A DNA stretch of 64,000 bases from Actinomycetota bacterium (GTDB lineage Bacteria > Actinomycetota > Acidimicrobiia > IMCC26256 > JACPCJ01), in the NCBI GenBank assembly GCA_016179865.1, contig JACPCJ010000106.1:8950-72949 (forward strand), given 5' to 3'. The position numbers and the translations under genes are program-made. The stretch's first letter is position 1, and each line of letters opens with the position of its first letter. The notes beneath the pieces are model-generated. The model saw nothing but the letters and a program-made list of their open reading frames with translations, did not search any database and had not been told where the DNA came from. This document shows positions 28,818 to 37,569 of the stretch, piece after piece.

Positions 28818-31319
28818 GTGAGGTCCCTCACCGCCGTCTCCCAGCGCAGCCTCCGGCGACGGAAGGGCCGCTACGCGCTCACCGCCCTCGGCATCGCCCT
28901 CGGGGTCGGCATTGTCTTCGCTGTCGTGCTGACGAGCGGTGCGACCTCACGAGCGCTCGACCGTTTCGTGAGTGGTTTCACCGGCGACGCCGACGTGGTC
29001 GTGCATCCGTCGGGCACCTTCGACAGCGGGCTTGACCCCCGGGCCGTGGAGGCCGTGGAGAGGGATCCCGACGTGGAGCGGACGGTCGAGCGGTTCATGT
29101 TCCGCAGCTCGTTCGAACTCCGGGGTGAAGACATCGACTTTCGCGACTACATCGACGTCCACGGCTTCGACTTCGACCAGGCATCCGCCGTCCACAACTT
29201 CGTGCTCGCCCGCGGGCGTCTTCCGGAGCCGGGCCGGAAGGAGGTGCTGATCACGCCGGTGATCGAGAGCCGGGTGGGCGACGACGTCACCCTCGCGACG
29301 GCGAAGGGCCGCCAGCGTGTCCGCATCGTGGGAGAGCTGGCGGACGAGGGGGCCGCCATCGCCAACGGCGGCCGGGTCGTCTACACGACGATCGAGACGG
29401 CCCGTGCCATTCAGGACGCACCGGGCCAAGTGAGCCAGCTCGACCTGGTCCTCGGCGACGGCGTCGATACCGGGGAGTGGGTCGACGCCCACTCCGGTCG
29501 CCTCCCCGGCGGCGCGGTGGTGCGCGACGCGGCCGACCTCGCCTCTGGGTTCCGGGACTTCCTGGCCAGCGTGCAGGGGGCACTCACCATCGTCGCCGCC
29601 ATTGCCCTCTTCGTGGGCGCCTTCCTGATCTTCCTGACGTTCTCGGTGGCGGTGGCCGAGCGCACTCGGTTCTACGGCACCATCCGCGCCCTCGGTGCCC
29701 AGCCGGGTCAGGTCCGGCGCCTGGTGTTGGGCGAGGCCGTCCTCCTCGGCGTCGTGGCCAGCCTCGCCGGTCTCGGTGTGGGGTACGCGCTGTCGCTCCT
29801 CAGCCTGGGCCTCGTGAACTCCCTGATCGACGTCGGGTCGGTCACCCTCGAGGACCCCTGGGGGCCGGCCATCATGGCGGTGGCTCTCGGGACCGGCGTT
29901 TCCTTTGTGTCTTCGCTGATCCCTGCCCGCCGCGCTGCCAGCCTGAGCCCCGTCGCGGCCATGCGCGACGAGGCGGTCGACGGCCACGACCGCATCCGAG
30001 TGGTGCCACGAGCCGCGCTGCTCGTCGTCGGGGTCACGTTGACCCTCGTGAGCGGCAGCATCCTCGTGCAGGCCTTCGGCCTGCTCCTCATCATGCTCGG
30101 GGCCGTACTGCTCACCCCGGCCGTCCTCCGGCCCCTGGCCCGTGTCCTCGGGCGGATTACGGCACGGGCGGGCCGGGGGGTGGGAGACGTCGCCGTGATG
30201 CACCTGGTTAAGGAGCGCAGCCGCTCGGCGTACACCCTGGCCCTGGTCATGGTGGTGCTGGCGGCGATCATCGCCATCGGATCCAGCAACGCCTCGATGG
30301 CCAACTCGCTCGACGAGGTGGTCGACCGCCAGTTCGGGAGCGACCTGGTGGTCAGCGCCCCCAACACGTTTTCGGCCGACTTCGAGGATCGGCTGCGCGC
30401 GGTCGACGGCATCCGCTCTGTCTCCGAGACGCGGGTCGGTTTCGTCGAGATCCTCGAGGGTGACGGGTCGTCGTTCGGTCAGGAGTTTCTCTTGATCATC
30501 GACCCCGAGACGTACTTCGACGTGTCGAGCTTCCCCTGGGCCGACGGCGGCGACCGCGACGCCCGCGGCCGCCTTGCCCGGGGCGGGCAGGTGTTGCTTA
30601 GCGAGCCGCAGGCGGAAGACCTCGGCGTGGAGGTCGGGGGTCGGGTACGGGTGCAGACGCTGAAGGGCGCTCGCGACTTCACCCTCGCCGGCACGTTCAC
30701 CGTCCTCGGATTCAACGACGCCCTGGTGGTGAACCTCGACGACGGGGCGCGGTACTTCGGAGCCGACGAGCCCATGGGGTACCTCATCGACGTGGAGCCA
30801 GGAGTTGCCGTCGAAGGCGTCCGGCGAACCCTGAAGGACACGCTCGGCGGGCGCTACGACTTCGAGTTGGAGAGCGCCGAGGACGTGAAGGCCTTCGCCC
30901 GGAGCCAGCTTCAGGGGTTCTTCGGGATCGGTTACGCCGTCCTTCTGGTGGCCGTGATCATCGGGATCCTCGGCCTCGCCAACACGCTGATCGTCAGCGT
31001 CATCCAGCGCACCCGCGAGATCGGGGTCCTCCGCTCGACGGGCGTGCTCCGGGGCCAGCTCCGGGCCATGGTGCTGGCCGAGGCCGCCACCCTCATGCTG
31101 GCGGCGTGGGTTCTGTCGCTTCCCCTCGGGTTCATCCTCACCAGGGTGGCGGTCCAGGTGTTCGGCGCGTCACTCGGGTTCACCGTCGACTTCTACTGGC
31201 CGTGGGGCCTGCTCCCGTTCCTGCTCCTCTTGGCGCTCGTCGCCGGGGTCGTGGCCTCGCTCGGCCCGGCGCGGCGGGCGGCGCGGCTCGACCCGGTCGT
31301 GGCTCTCCGCTTCGACTGA
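28818..31319 (+). CDS. FtsX/MacB-like ABC permease (duplicated)
   Basis: Two MacB-periplasmic + FtsX TM modules; QRTREIGVLRSTG and PARRAA motifs. Confidence 0.9.
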   Translation: MRSLTAVSQRSLRRRKGRYALTALGIALGVGIVFAVVLTSGATSRALDRFVSGFTGDADVVVHPSGTFDSGLDPRAVEAVERDPDVERTVERFMFRSSFELRGEDIDFRDYIDVHGFDFDQASAVHNFVLARGRLPEPGRKEVLITPVIESRVGDDVTLATAKGRQRVRIVGELADEGAAIANGGRVVYTTIETARAIQDAPGQVSQLDLVLGDGVDTGEWVDAHSGRLPGGAVVRDAADLASGFRDFLASVQGALTIVAAIALFVGAFLIFLTFSVAVAERTRFYGTIRALGAQPGQVRRLVLGEAVLLGVVASLAGLGVGYALSLLSLGLVNSLIDVGSVTLEDPWGPAIMAVALGTGVSFVSSLIPARRAASLSPVAAMRDEAVDGHDRIRVVPRAALLVVGVTLTLVSGSILVQAFGLLLIMLGAVLLTPAVLRPLARVLGRITARAGRGVGDVAVMHLVKERSRSAYTLALVMVVLAAIIAIGSSNASMANSLDEVVDRQFGSDLVVSAPNTFSADFEDRLRAVDGIRSVSETRVGFVEILEGDGSSFGQEFLLIIDPETYFDVSSFPWADGGDRDARGRLARGGQVLLSEPQAEDLGVEVGGRVRVQTLKGARDFTLAGTFTVLGFNDALVVNLDDGARYFGADEPMGYLIDVEPGVAVEGVRRTLKDTLGGRYDFELESAEDVKAFARSQLQGFFGIGYAVLLVAVIIGILGLANTLIVSVIQRTREIGVLRSTGVLRGQLRAMVLAEAATLMLAAWVLSLPLGFILTRVAVQVFGASLGFTVDFYWPWGLLPFLLLLALVAGVVASLGPARRAARLDPVVALRFD

Positions 31320-31330
31320 TGACCCCGTCC

Positions 31331-31380
31331 GAACTTGGCTTCTTGCCCCGCCCCAGGGTGCGGGGCGAGAAGCCAAGTTC
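31331..31380. repeat. Hairpin, REP-like family B (GAACTTGG...CCAAGTTC ends)
   Basis: GAACTTGGCTTCTTGCCCCGC...GCGGGGCGAGAAGCCAAGTTC between convergent genes. Confidence 0.8.
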
Positions 31381-31382
31381 AC

Positions 31383-31844
31383 TCAGCCCTTGTGCGCTTG
31401 CAGGGCGGACAGGGCCTCGTCGGCGTGCGTCTCGAAGCGGGTCTCGCTCTTGATGACGTCGAGGAGCCGGAAGTCGGTGTCGATGACGAAGGTCATCCGC
31501 CGGTTCAACAGCGGACCCCAGCGCTTTACCCCGAAGGCGTCGGCGACGCGCTGGTCAAGGTCGGAAAGGATCGGGAAGTTCAGCCCGTACTTCTCGCGGA
31601 AGCCCACCTGCCGGTCGACGGCGTCGGCGCTGATGCCAACCGGCGTGGCGTCGAAGGCGGCGAACTCGTCGACGAGGTCGCGGAAGTGGCAGGCCTCGGC
31701 TGTGCACCCCGGGGTCATGGCCTTCGGATAGAAGAACAGGACGACCGGCCCGAGGGCAAGGAAGTCCGAGAGCCGCACGGTGCGGCCCTCGTCATCGACG
31801 GCGTCGAAGTCGGGCACGAGATCGTGCGGCTTCACGAGCGTCAC
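31383..31844 (-). CDS. bcp: Peroxiredoxin (BCP/PrxQ)
   Basis: FFYPKAMTPGCTAEACHFRD motif. Confidence 0.9.
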   Translation of the reverse strand: MTLVKPHDLVPDFDAVDDEGRTVRLSDFLALGPVVLFFYPKAMTPGCTAEACHFRDLVDEFAAFDATPVGISADAVDRQVGFREKYGLNFPILSDLDQRVADAFGVKRWGPLLNRRMTFVIDTDFRLLDVIKSETRFETHADEALSALQAHKG

Positions 31845-31883
31845 ACTACGGCCCGGTTTGCGAGACGGGGAGGTCGGCGCCGG

Positions 31884-31907
31884 TATAGTAGTTACTGATC
31901 AGTAACT
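31884..31907 (+). promoter_or_regulatory. -10-like TATAGT followed by a perfect 18-bp palindromic operator
   Basis: TATAGT at 31884-31889 and AGTTACTGATCAGTAACT at 31890-31907, upstream of the acyl-CoA dehydrogenase/TetR operon. Confidence 0.75.
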
Positions 31908-31954
31908 TCGGTGGCGGAGCCCGGAGGCCTGCTGCCCGCGACCTGGAGCGTGCC

Positions 31955-33163
31955 ATGGCCGAGTTCTCCCTCCAGCTTCCCGACGAGGTCGTCGAGGTCC
32001 GTGACTGGGTGCACGGGTTCGCCGAAGAGGTGATCCGCCCCGTCGCCCACGAGTACGACGAAAAGGAAGAGACGCCCTGGCCCGTCATCGAAGAGGCGGC
32101 CAAGATCGGCCTCTACTCCGCCGACTCCTTCGGCACGTGGTTCCTCGAGCCCAGCGGGCTCATGATGGTGGTGGTCAACGAGGAGCTGTTCTGGGGTGAC
32201 GCCGGCATCGGCCTCTCCCTCATGGGCACCGGCCTCGGCGTGGCCGCCATCGCTGGTAACGGCACGCCCGAGCAGGTGATGACCTGGGTCCCCGAGTGCT
32301 TCGGCACCCCGGGCGATCTCAAGTTGGCCGCCTTCTGTGTCACCGAACCCGGCGCCGGCTCCGACGTGTCCAACCTCCGCACCAAGGCCGTCAAAGACGG
32401 GGACGACTGGGTGCTGAACGGCCAGAAGGTGTTCGCCACCAACGGCGGTATCGCCGACGTGCACATCGTGGTGGCCAGTGTCGACCCCGAGCTGAAGTCG
32501 CGGGGTCAGGCCAGCTTCGTCATTCCTCCCGGTACGCCCGGCCTGGCCGCGGGCAAGAAGGAGAAGAAGCACGGCATCCGGGCCAGCCACACCGGGGAGG
32601 TGCTGCTCGACGACTGCCGCGTCCCGTCCGAGTGCCTGCTCGGCGGGGAAGAAAAGCTGGAGGAGCGGCTGGGGCGAGCCCGGGAGGGCAAGAAGACCGG
32701 CGTGCAGGCGGCCATGAGCACGTTCGAGGCCACCCGCCCCATCGTCGCTTCGCAGGCCCTCGGCATCGCCCGGGCGGCCTACGAGTTTGCCCTCGACTAC
32801 GCCAAGGAGCGCGAGGCCTTCGGCAAGAAGATCATCGAGAACCAGTCGATCGCCTTCAACCTGGCCGACATGAAGATGGAGATCGACGCCGCCCGCCTGC
32901 TCGTGTGGCGGGCCGCCTGGATGGCCAAGCACGGCGGCAAGTTCGAGGCCGCCGAGGGCTCGATGAGCAAGCTCAAGGCCGGCGAGGTGGCGGTGTGGGT
33001 GACCGAGCGGGCGATCCAGATCCTCGGGGGCTACGGCTATATCCGTGACTTCCCCGTCGAGCGCTGGCACCGCGACTCGAAGATCTACACGATCTTCGAG
33101 GGCACGTCGGAGATCCAGCGGCTCGTGATCGCCCGTGCCATCTCCGGAATCCACATCACTTGA
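31955..33163 (+). CDS. Acyl-CoA dehydrogenase
   Basis: TEPGAGSD, LNGQKVF, QILGGYGY and IFEGTSEIQR motifs. Confidence 0.95.
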   Translation: MAEFSLQLPDEVVEVRDWVHGFAEEVIRPVAHEYDEKEETPWPVIEEAAKIGLYSADSFGTWFLEPSGLMMVVVNEELFWGDAGIGLSLMGTGLGVAAIAGNGTPEQVMTWVPECFGTPGDLKLAAFCVTEPGAGSDVSNLRTKAVKDGDDWVLNGQKVFATNGGIADVHIVVASVDPELKSRGQASFVIPPGTPGLAAGKKEKKHGIRASHTGEVLLDDCRVPSECLLGGEEKLEERLGRAREGKKTGVQAAMSTFEATRPIVASQALGIARAAYEFALDYAKEREAFGKKIIENQSIAFNLADMKMEIDAARLLVWRAAWMAKHGGKFEAAEGSMSKLKAGEVAVWVTERAIQILGGYGYIRDFPVERWHRDSKIYTIFEGTSEIQRLVIARAISGIHIT

Positions 33164-33170
33164 TCGCCCC

Positions 33171-33809
33171 TTGAGCGTCCGTCTGCGCGCCCACGACCGC
33201 CGGCGCCAGCTCCTCCGCGTCGCCCGCGGCGTGTTCGCCGCCACCGGCTTCCACGCCACGTCGATGGACGACGTGGCCGAGGCCGCCGGGGTCACCAAGC
33301 CCGTCCTGTACCAGCACTTCGCGAACAAGCGCGCCCTGTACGTCGAGCTGCTGGAGGACGTCGGCCTGCGCCTCGTCGAGGAGATCGGCCAGGAGACGGG
33401 CCGGGCCCGAACCGGGCGGGAGCAGGTGGAGCGCGGGTTTCGGGCCTACTTCCGTTTCGTGGCCGAGAACCAGGCTGCGTTCCGGCTCCTCTTTGGCGCT
33501 TCGGTACGCAACGACCGTGAGTTCGCGGCCGTTGCCGAGCGGGTCGTGTCCGAAGTGGCCGAAGTCGTGTCGGGCCTCATCGACGTGGATGCCGCACCGG
33601 AGCAGCGACTCGCCTTGGCCCACGCCGTTGTGGGGATGGCCGAGGCGACGAGCCGGCGCGTGGTCAGCGGGCAGGCCACCGGCGACGAAACCGATCCTTC
33701 GCTCCTGGCGTCGTGGCTCTCTGAGCTGGCGTGGTACGGCCTCCGGGGGATCCGCCCTGTTTCCCGCTCAGAGGGCCGCTCGGGCCCTGGGCCTCTCGCC
33801 ACCCCCTGA
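33171..33809 (+). CDS. TetR/AcrR family transcriptional regulator
   Basis: GFHATSMDDVAEAAGVTKPVLYQHF HTH. Confidence 0.93.
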   Translation: MSVRLRAHDRRRQLLRVARGVFAATGFHATSMDDVAEAAGVTKPVLYQHFANKRALYVELLEDVGLRLVEEIGQETGRARTGREQVERGFRAYFRFVAENQAAFRLLFGASVRNDREFAAVAERVVSEVAEVVSGLIDVDAAPEQRLALAHAVVGMAEATSRRVVSGQATGDETDPSLLASWLSELAWYGLRGIRPVSRSEGRSGPGPLATP

Positions 33810-33820
33810 TCAGGTGTGAG

Positions 33821-34070
33821 AAAAGGGATGCTTCCCGCGTACCTGTCGCGCTGACGGCGCGCGACCACTGTTCCTTTGTCCTTTGTGCGTAGGCAAGCAG
33901 GAGGAACGGCGGGGGGCTGTCGAATCTGGTGCCCGTGAGCAATGGACCTCGCCGTCAGACGCCGGGCTTTCAGCGCCCTCACGAGTCGGCGCGACCCGAC
34001 CCGGCCCAGTTCGCCTCCCGGCACTCCCTGCTCGCCCGTCGCCAGCAGCGGGTCCGCCACCGCATCCGCC
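33821..34070 (-). ncRNA. Candidate structured ncRNA (~245 nt; 6S/Ms1-like possibility); strand tentative
   Basis: Intergenic between convergent genes; terminal pairings GGATGC/GCATCC and CCCGC/GCGGG, internal CTGACGGCG/CGCCGTCAG and GTTCCT/AGGAAC; U-tract at the minus-strand 3' end. Confidence 0.5.
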
Positions 34071-34104
34071 GCCGACCTATCTACTAGATCGACGCCGGCC
34101 CCGT

Positions 34105-34151
34105 TTCTCGAGCAAGTTCCCCACGTGACGCGGGGGAAACTCGCTCGAGAA
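34105..34151. terminator. Hairpin downstream of the aldo/keto reductase
   Basis: TTCTCGAGC(A)AGTT-CCCC...GGGG-AAACT(C)GCTCGAGAA imperfect inverted repeat. Confidence 0.6.
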
Positions 34152-34154
34152 GCG

Positions 34155-35168
34155 TCACACAGAAGACTTGAAGACGGGCTCGATGCGGGGGACGAAGCCG
34201 TCGAACCCGCCGTCCCAGACCTCGTCGAGGCGGGCGCGCTCTTCCGGGGTCAGGGGGAGGTCGGACGCCGCCGCGTACTCCCGAACCTGCGCCTCGGTCG
34301 TGCACGTCGGGAGGACCGTCGTGATCCCAGCGAAGGCGAGCAGGCCACCGACCGCGGCCTGACCAATGGTGCGCCCCATGTCGGGGCCGGCGAGAAACTC
34401 GACGTGGGTCTTTTTGTCGAGCAGGTCGAGGAGCTCCTGCTGGCGACGGTGGCTGCGGTGGTCGTCGGGCGCAAACTCGGTCTCGGGTGTGACGCCACCG
34501 GTGAGGACGTCGGACGCATGGGGCACCCGGGCGATGATGCCGGCGCGGCCCTCCTCCACGGGGGGCTGGGCCAGGAACGTGCGCCCGGGCTCCTGCTCGA
34601 GAATGTTCATCACCGTCTGGAGCGACACGATCGGTCGCTCGGCGAGGGCCTCGACCCCCTCGTCGACCCACCCGATGGCGGGCCCCAGCGCCACGCCGAG
34701 TTCGCGCACCAACCCGTCGGCCTTCATCTTCTCCAACTCGACCCACAGGTCGTCGGCGCGAATCGGGTCGATGGTGGTGTTGTGGAGCTGGTACAGGTCG
34801 ATGTGGTCGGTCTGGAGTCGGCGGAGTGATTCCTCGAGCTGGCGCCGGACGCCGGCGGGGTTCCAGTCGTGCGGTCGCTCGGAGTGTCCGGGCGCGATGC
34901 GGGGCGCCGAGATGTCGTATCCACACTTGGTGGTGAGCACGATCTCGTCACGCGTGCGTCCGAGGATCTTGGCCAGCATCTCCTCGCCCGCTCCGTCCTC
35001 GCCGTATACGGGCGCGGTGTCGAAGAACGTGATCCCGGAGTCGAGGGCGGCGTGAACCAACCCGGCCGGGTCTTCCACCTCCCCCCACCAGCCCATGGCG
35101 AGGGTCCAGGCGCCGAAACCGACCTCCGAGACGACCAGATCGCTCTGTCCGAACCTGCGGTAGCGCAT
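34155..35168 (-). CDS. Aldo/keto reductase
   Basis: SEVGFG, FFDTAPVYG and SLRRLQTDHIDLYQLH motifs. Confidence 0.93.
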   Translation of the reverse strand: MRYRRFGQSDLVVSEVGFGAWTLAMGWWGEVEDPAGLVHAALDSGITFFDTAPVYGEDGAGEEMLAKILGRTRDEIVLTTKCGYDISAPRIAPGHSERPHDWNPAGVRRQLEESLRRLQTDHIDLYQLHNTTIDPIRADDLWVELEKMKADGLVRELGVALGPAIGWVDEGVEALAERPIVSLQTVMNILEQEPGRTFLAQPPVEEGRAGIIARVPHASDVLTGGVTPETEFAPDDHRSHRRQQELLDLLDKKTHVEFLAGPDMGRTIGQAAVGGLLAFAGITTVLPTCTTEAQVREYAAASDLPLTPEERARLDEVWDGGFDGFVPRIEPVFKSSV

Positions 35169-35194
35169 CTTGTTCCTTGTCGGGGACGCGGTCT

Positions 35195-36301
35195 TCAGTC
35201 GTAAACGATCACGGAGCGGGCGACCTCGCCCTTCTGCATGGCGTCGAAGGCCTCGTTCACCTGGCCGTTGTCGATCTCGCGGGAGATCAGCTCGTCGAGC
35301 ATGAGCTTCCCGTCCTGGTAGAGCGACACGAGCTTCGGGATGTCGGTGCCCACGTTCGATGACCCGTACCAGCAGCCCTTGATGCTCTTCTCGGCCACGA
35401 CGAGCCCGAGAAAGGCCGGCAGCTCGATCATGACCTCCATGTTGGGTACGCCGACGAGGATGGCTTGCCCGCCGCGCCGGGTCATGTTGATGGTCTGGTC
35501 GATGGTGGCCTTGAGGCCGATGACCTCGAAGGCCAGGTCGGCGCCCCGCTGCTGCGTGAGCGACATGACGCCGGACACGGCGTCACCCTCCCCGGCGTTC
35601 ACGGTGTCGGTGGCGCCGAACTTCTGGGCGAGTTCGAGCTTTCCCTCCACCATGTCGACGGCGATGATCTGCTCAGCGCCGGCCAGCTTGGCGCCCTGGA
35701 TCACGTTGAGGCCGACCCCTCCGCAGCCGACGACGGCCACCGTGTCGCCCTCGCGAATCCGGGCGGTATTGAGGGCGGCGCCGACGCCGGTCAGCACGCC
35801 GCAGCCGATGAGAGCGGCCTGCTTCAGGGGCATGTCGGGATCGATCTTCACGACGCCGATCGCCGGCACCACCGTCTCCTCCGAAAACGTGCCGCAGGCC
35901 GACATTTGGAAGATCGGGCTCCCGTCACGGCTGAAGCGGGGGGTGCCGTCGAGCAGGCCGCCCGAGACCAGGGCGATGTTGGCGGCCTCGCAGAGCTGAC
36001 CCTGTTCCCGGGCGCAGAAGAAGCATGTGCCGCACTGGGGCACGAAGGAGAGGACGACGTGGTCGCCGGGCGCGACGTTGGTCACACCCTCGCCGACCTC
36101 GGTGATCACGCCCGCACCCTCGTGGCCGAGGACGCACGGGGTGGGCAGGAGGATGGTGCCGTTCTGGACCGACAGGTCGGAATGGCAGACGCCCGACGCC
36201 GCCATCTTGACTTTGACCTCGCCCGCTTTGGGGGCCTCGAGGTCGAGGTCGAGCAACTCCATGGGCTCGTTGAGGGCGGGGAGTACGGCGGCCTTGGGCA
36301 T
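35195..36301 (-). CDS. Zn-dependent alcohol dehydrogenase (class III-like)
   Basis: GVCHSD, GHEGAG, CGTCFFC structural Zn site and GCGGVG. Confidence 0.95.
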   Translation of the reverse strand: MPKAAVLPALNEPMELLDLDLEAPKAGEVKVKMAASGVCHSDLSVQNGTILLPTPCVLGHEGAGVITEVGEGVTNVAPGDHVVLSFVPQCGTCFFCAREQGQLCEAANIALVSGGLLDGTPRFSRDGSPIFQMSACGTFSEETVVPAIGVVKIDPDMPLKQAALIGCGVLTGVGAALNTARIREGDTVAVVGCGGVGLNVIQGAKLAGAEQIIAVDMVEGKLELAQKFGATDTVNAGEGDAVSGVMSLTQQRGADLAFEVIGLKATIDQTINMTRRGGQAILVGVPNMEVMIELPAFLGLVVAEKSIKGCWYGSSNVGTDIPKLVSLYQDGKLMLDELISREIDNGQVNEAFDAMQKGEVARSVIVYD

Positions 36302-36334
36302 GTTCGCTCCTATTCTCTGTCGCTCGTTGCCGAG

Positions 36335-36466
36335 CTACCGCGGGCGCTTGGCCCAGCGATCGCTCCAGGTCACGCTGGACATGACGTACGCCGATGCCGC
36401 GAGCACCGCGGCGGCGATGATGATGGTTGCGACGACGTAGCCGACCTGGGCGGCGTGCCAATTCAT
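36335..36466 (-). CDS. Small single-TM protein (43 aa)
   Basis: MNWHAAQVGYVVATIIIAAAVLAASAYVMSSVTWSDRWAKRPR, co-oriented with its neighbours. Confidence 0.45.
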   Translation of the reverse strand: MNWHAAQVGYVVATIIIAAAVLAASAYVMSSVTWSDRWAKRPR

Positions 36467-36536
36467 CTGCCGGCGAAGCCTAGACCCGCTGGTCAAGTTC
36501 CTGCGAAGGCGTCCCCTGCGTGTCGGCAGCCCCGAT

Positions 36537-36583
36537 TTCTTGACGGTGGATTCCGCGCATACCGCGGAATCCACCGTCAAGAA
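36537..36583. terminator. Perfect 21-bp-arm hairpin
   Basis: TTCTTGACGGTGGATTCCGCG-CATAC-CGCGGAATCCACCGTCAAGAA. Confidence 0.8.
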
Positions 36584-37569
36584 CGGGGATGGAGGCCGGA
36601 GCCTCGTTCCCGGTCCTCACGTTCGGCGGCGGCCACGCCGTAGCCGATGACCATCGACGGCAGCAGGCTGACGCTGGCCACCACGAGGCAGCCGATGATG
36701 GCCGAGATGGTCCAGGCTGGGAGGTCCCAGTACAGGGCGACGCCGAAGAGCAGGACGGCCAGGGCCAGGGCGCCGAAGCCGACCCGCCGTCCCGTCTCCG
36801 CCCAGGCCGCGTAGCGAGCGCGCTGGACCGTGATGCGATCGGATGATGCGGCACGCCCCGAGGTCAGGTGGCGAGAGAGGGCTTCCAGAGCGTCGGCCAC
36901 CTCGCGGGGCGCCACAAGCATGTGCAGGTGCCCAGCGTCGAGGCTGACGACCCGCCATCCCCGTCGCCCGGCGGAGGAGGCGGCGTCCTCGTAAGCGGCC
37001 GAGAGCAGCAGGTAACCGCACGGCGCGTCCGGGAACGACGCCGGCACGGCGATCGGTTCCTCGAACAGCCGGAGGGGGAGTGGCTCCAGTTCTTCCGCGA
37101 ACCGGTCGCGCAAGGTCTCGTCGGGAACCAGGGCGGCGAGCACGGCGTCACTCCACCACTCCGCCCAGGGCGGGACCCGCCCGTCTGCGGCCAGGCCGCG
37201 GATCCGCTGAACGGACTCCGGTGGCGCGTCGTCGAACCGAGTGGCCCGGTTCACCGGCAGCCCGGCGTCGACGAAGACGTAACCGACGACCGGGTTGGTC
37301 AGGGTGTCCCCGGCGGCGGGCAGCACGGCCCCCGCCCCCGAGTGACCCACCAGCACGACCGGTGCCGTCCGGCTGTGGGCCTCGACGGCCTGGCGAACCT
37401 GCTCGGCGTGGTGGTGCAAGAGGGTGCCGGGGGTGGAGTCGGGGTTGTCGAGGCGGGGGAGCACGACGTCGTGGCCGCGCCGACGCAGCTCCTCAGCCAC
37501 GAGCGTCCACGTCAGCGACCCGACGAGCGGGCTGTGCACGAGCACGAAGACGGGGGCGTCTAGGGCCAT
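36577..37569 (-). CDS. Alpha/beta hydrolase fused to a C-terminal 2-TM domain
   Basis: LVHSPLVG, GHSGAG nucleophile, GHLHM catalytic His, then two hydrophobic helices. Confidence 0.8.
   Translation of the reverse strand: MALDAPVFVLVHSPLVGSLTWTLVAEELRRRGHDVVLPRLDNPDSTPGTLLHHHAEQVRQAVEAHSRTAPVVLVGHSGAGAVLPAAGDTLTNPVVGYVFVDAGLPVNRATRFDDAPPESVQRIRGLAADGRVPPWAEWWSDAVLAALVPDETLRDRFAEELEPLPLRLFEEPIAVPASFPDAPCGYLLLSAAYEDAASSAGRRGWRVVSLDAGHLHMLVAPREVADALEALSRHLTSGRAASSDRITVQRARYAAWAETGRRVGFGALALAVLLFGVALYWDLPAWTISAIIGCLVVASVSLLPSMVIGYGVAAAEREDRERGSGLHPRS

Noticed and set aside
33911-33935. Minus-strand GGGCACCAGATTCGACAGCC resembles the 5' end of tmRNA
   Set aside because: No tag reading frame, TPsiC arm or CCA acceptor end at the expected distance, and the region is too short
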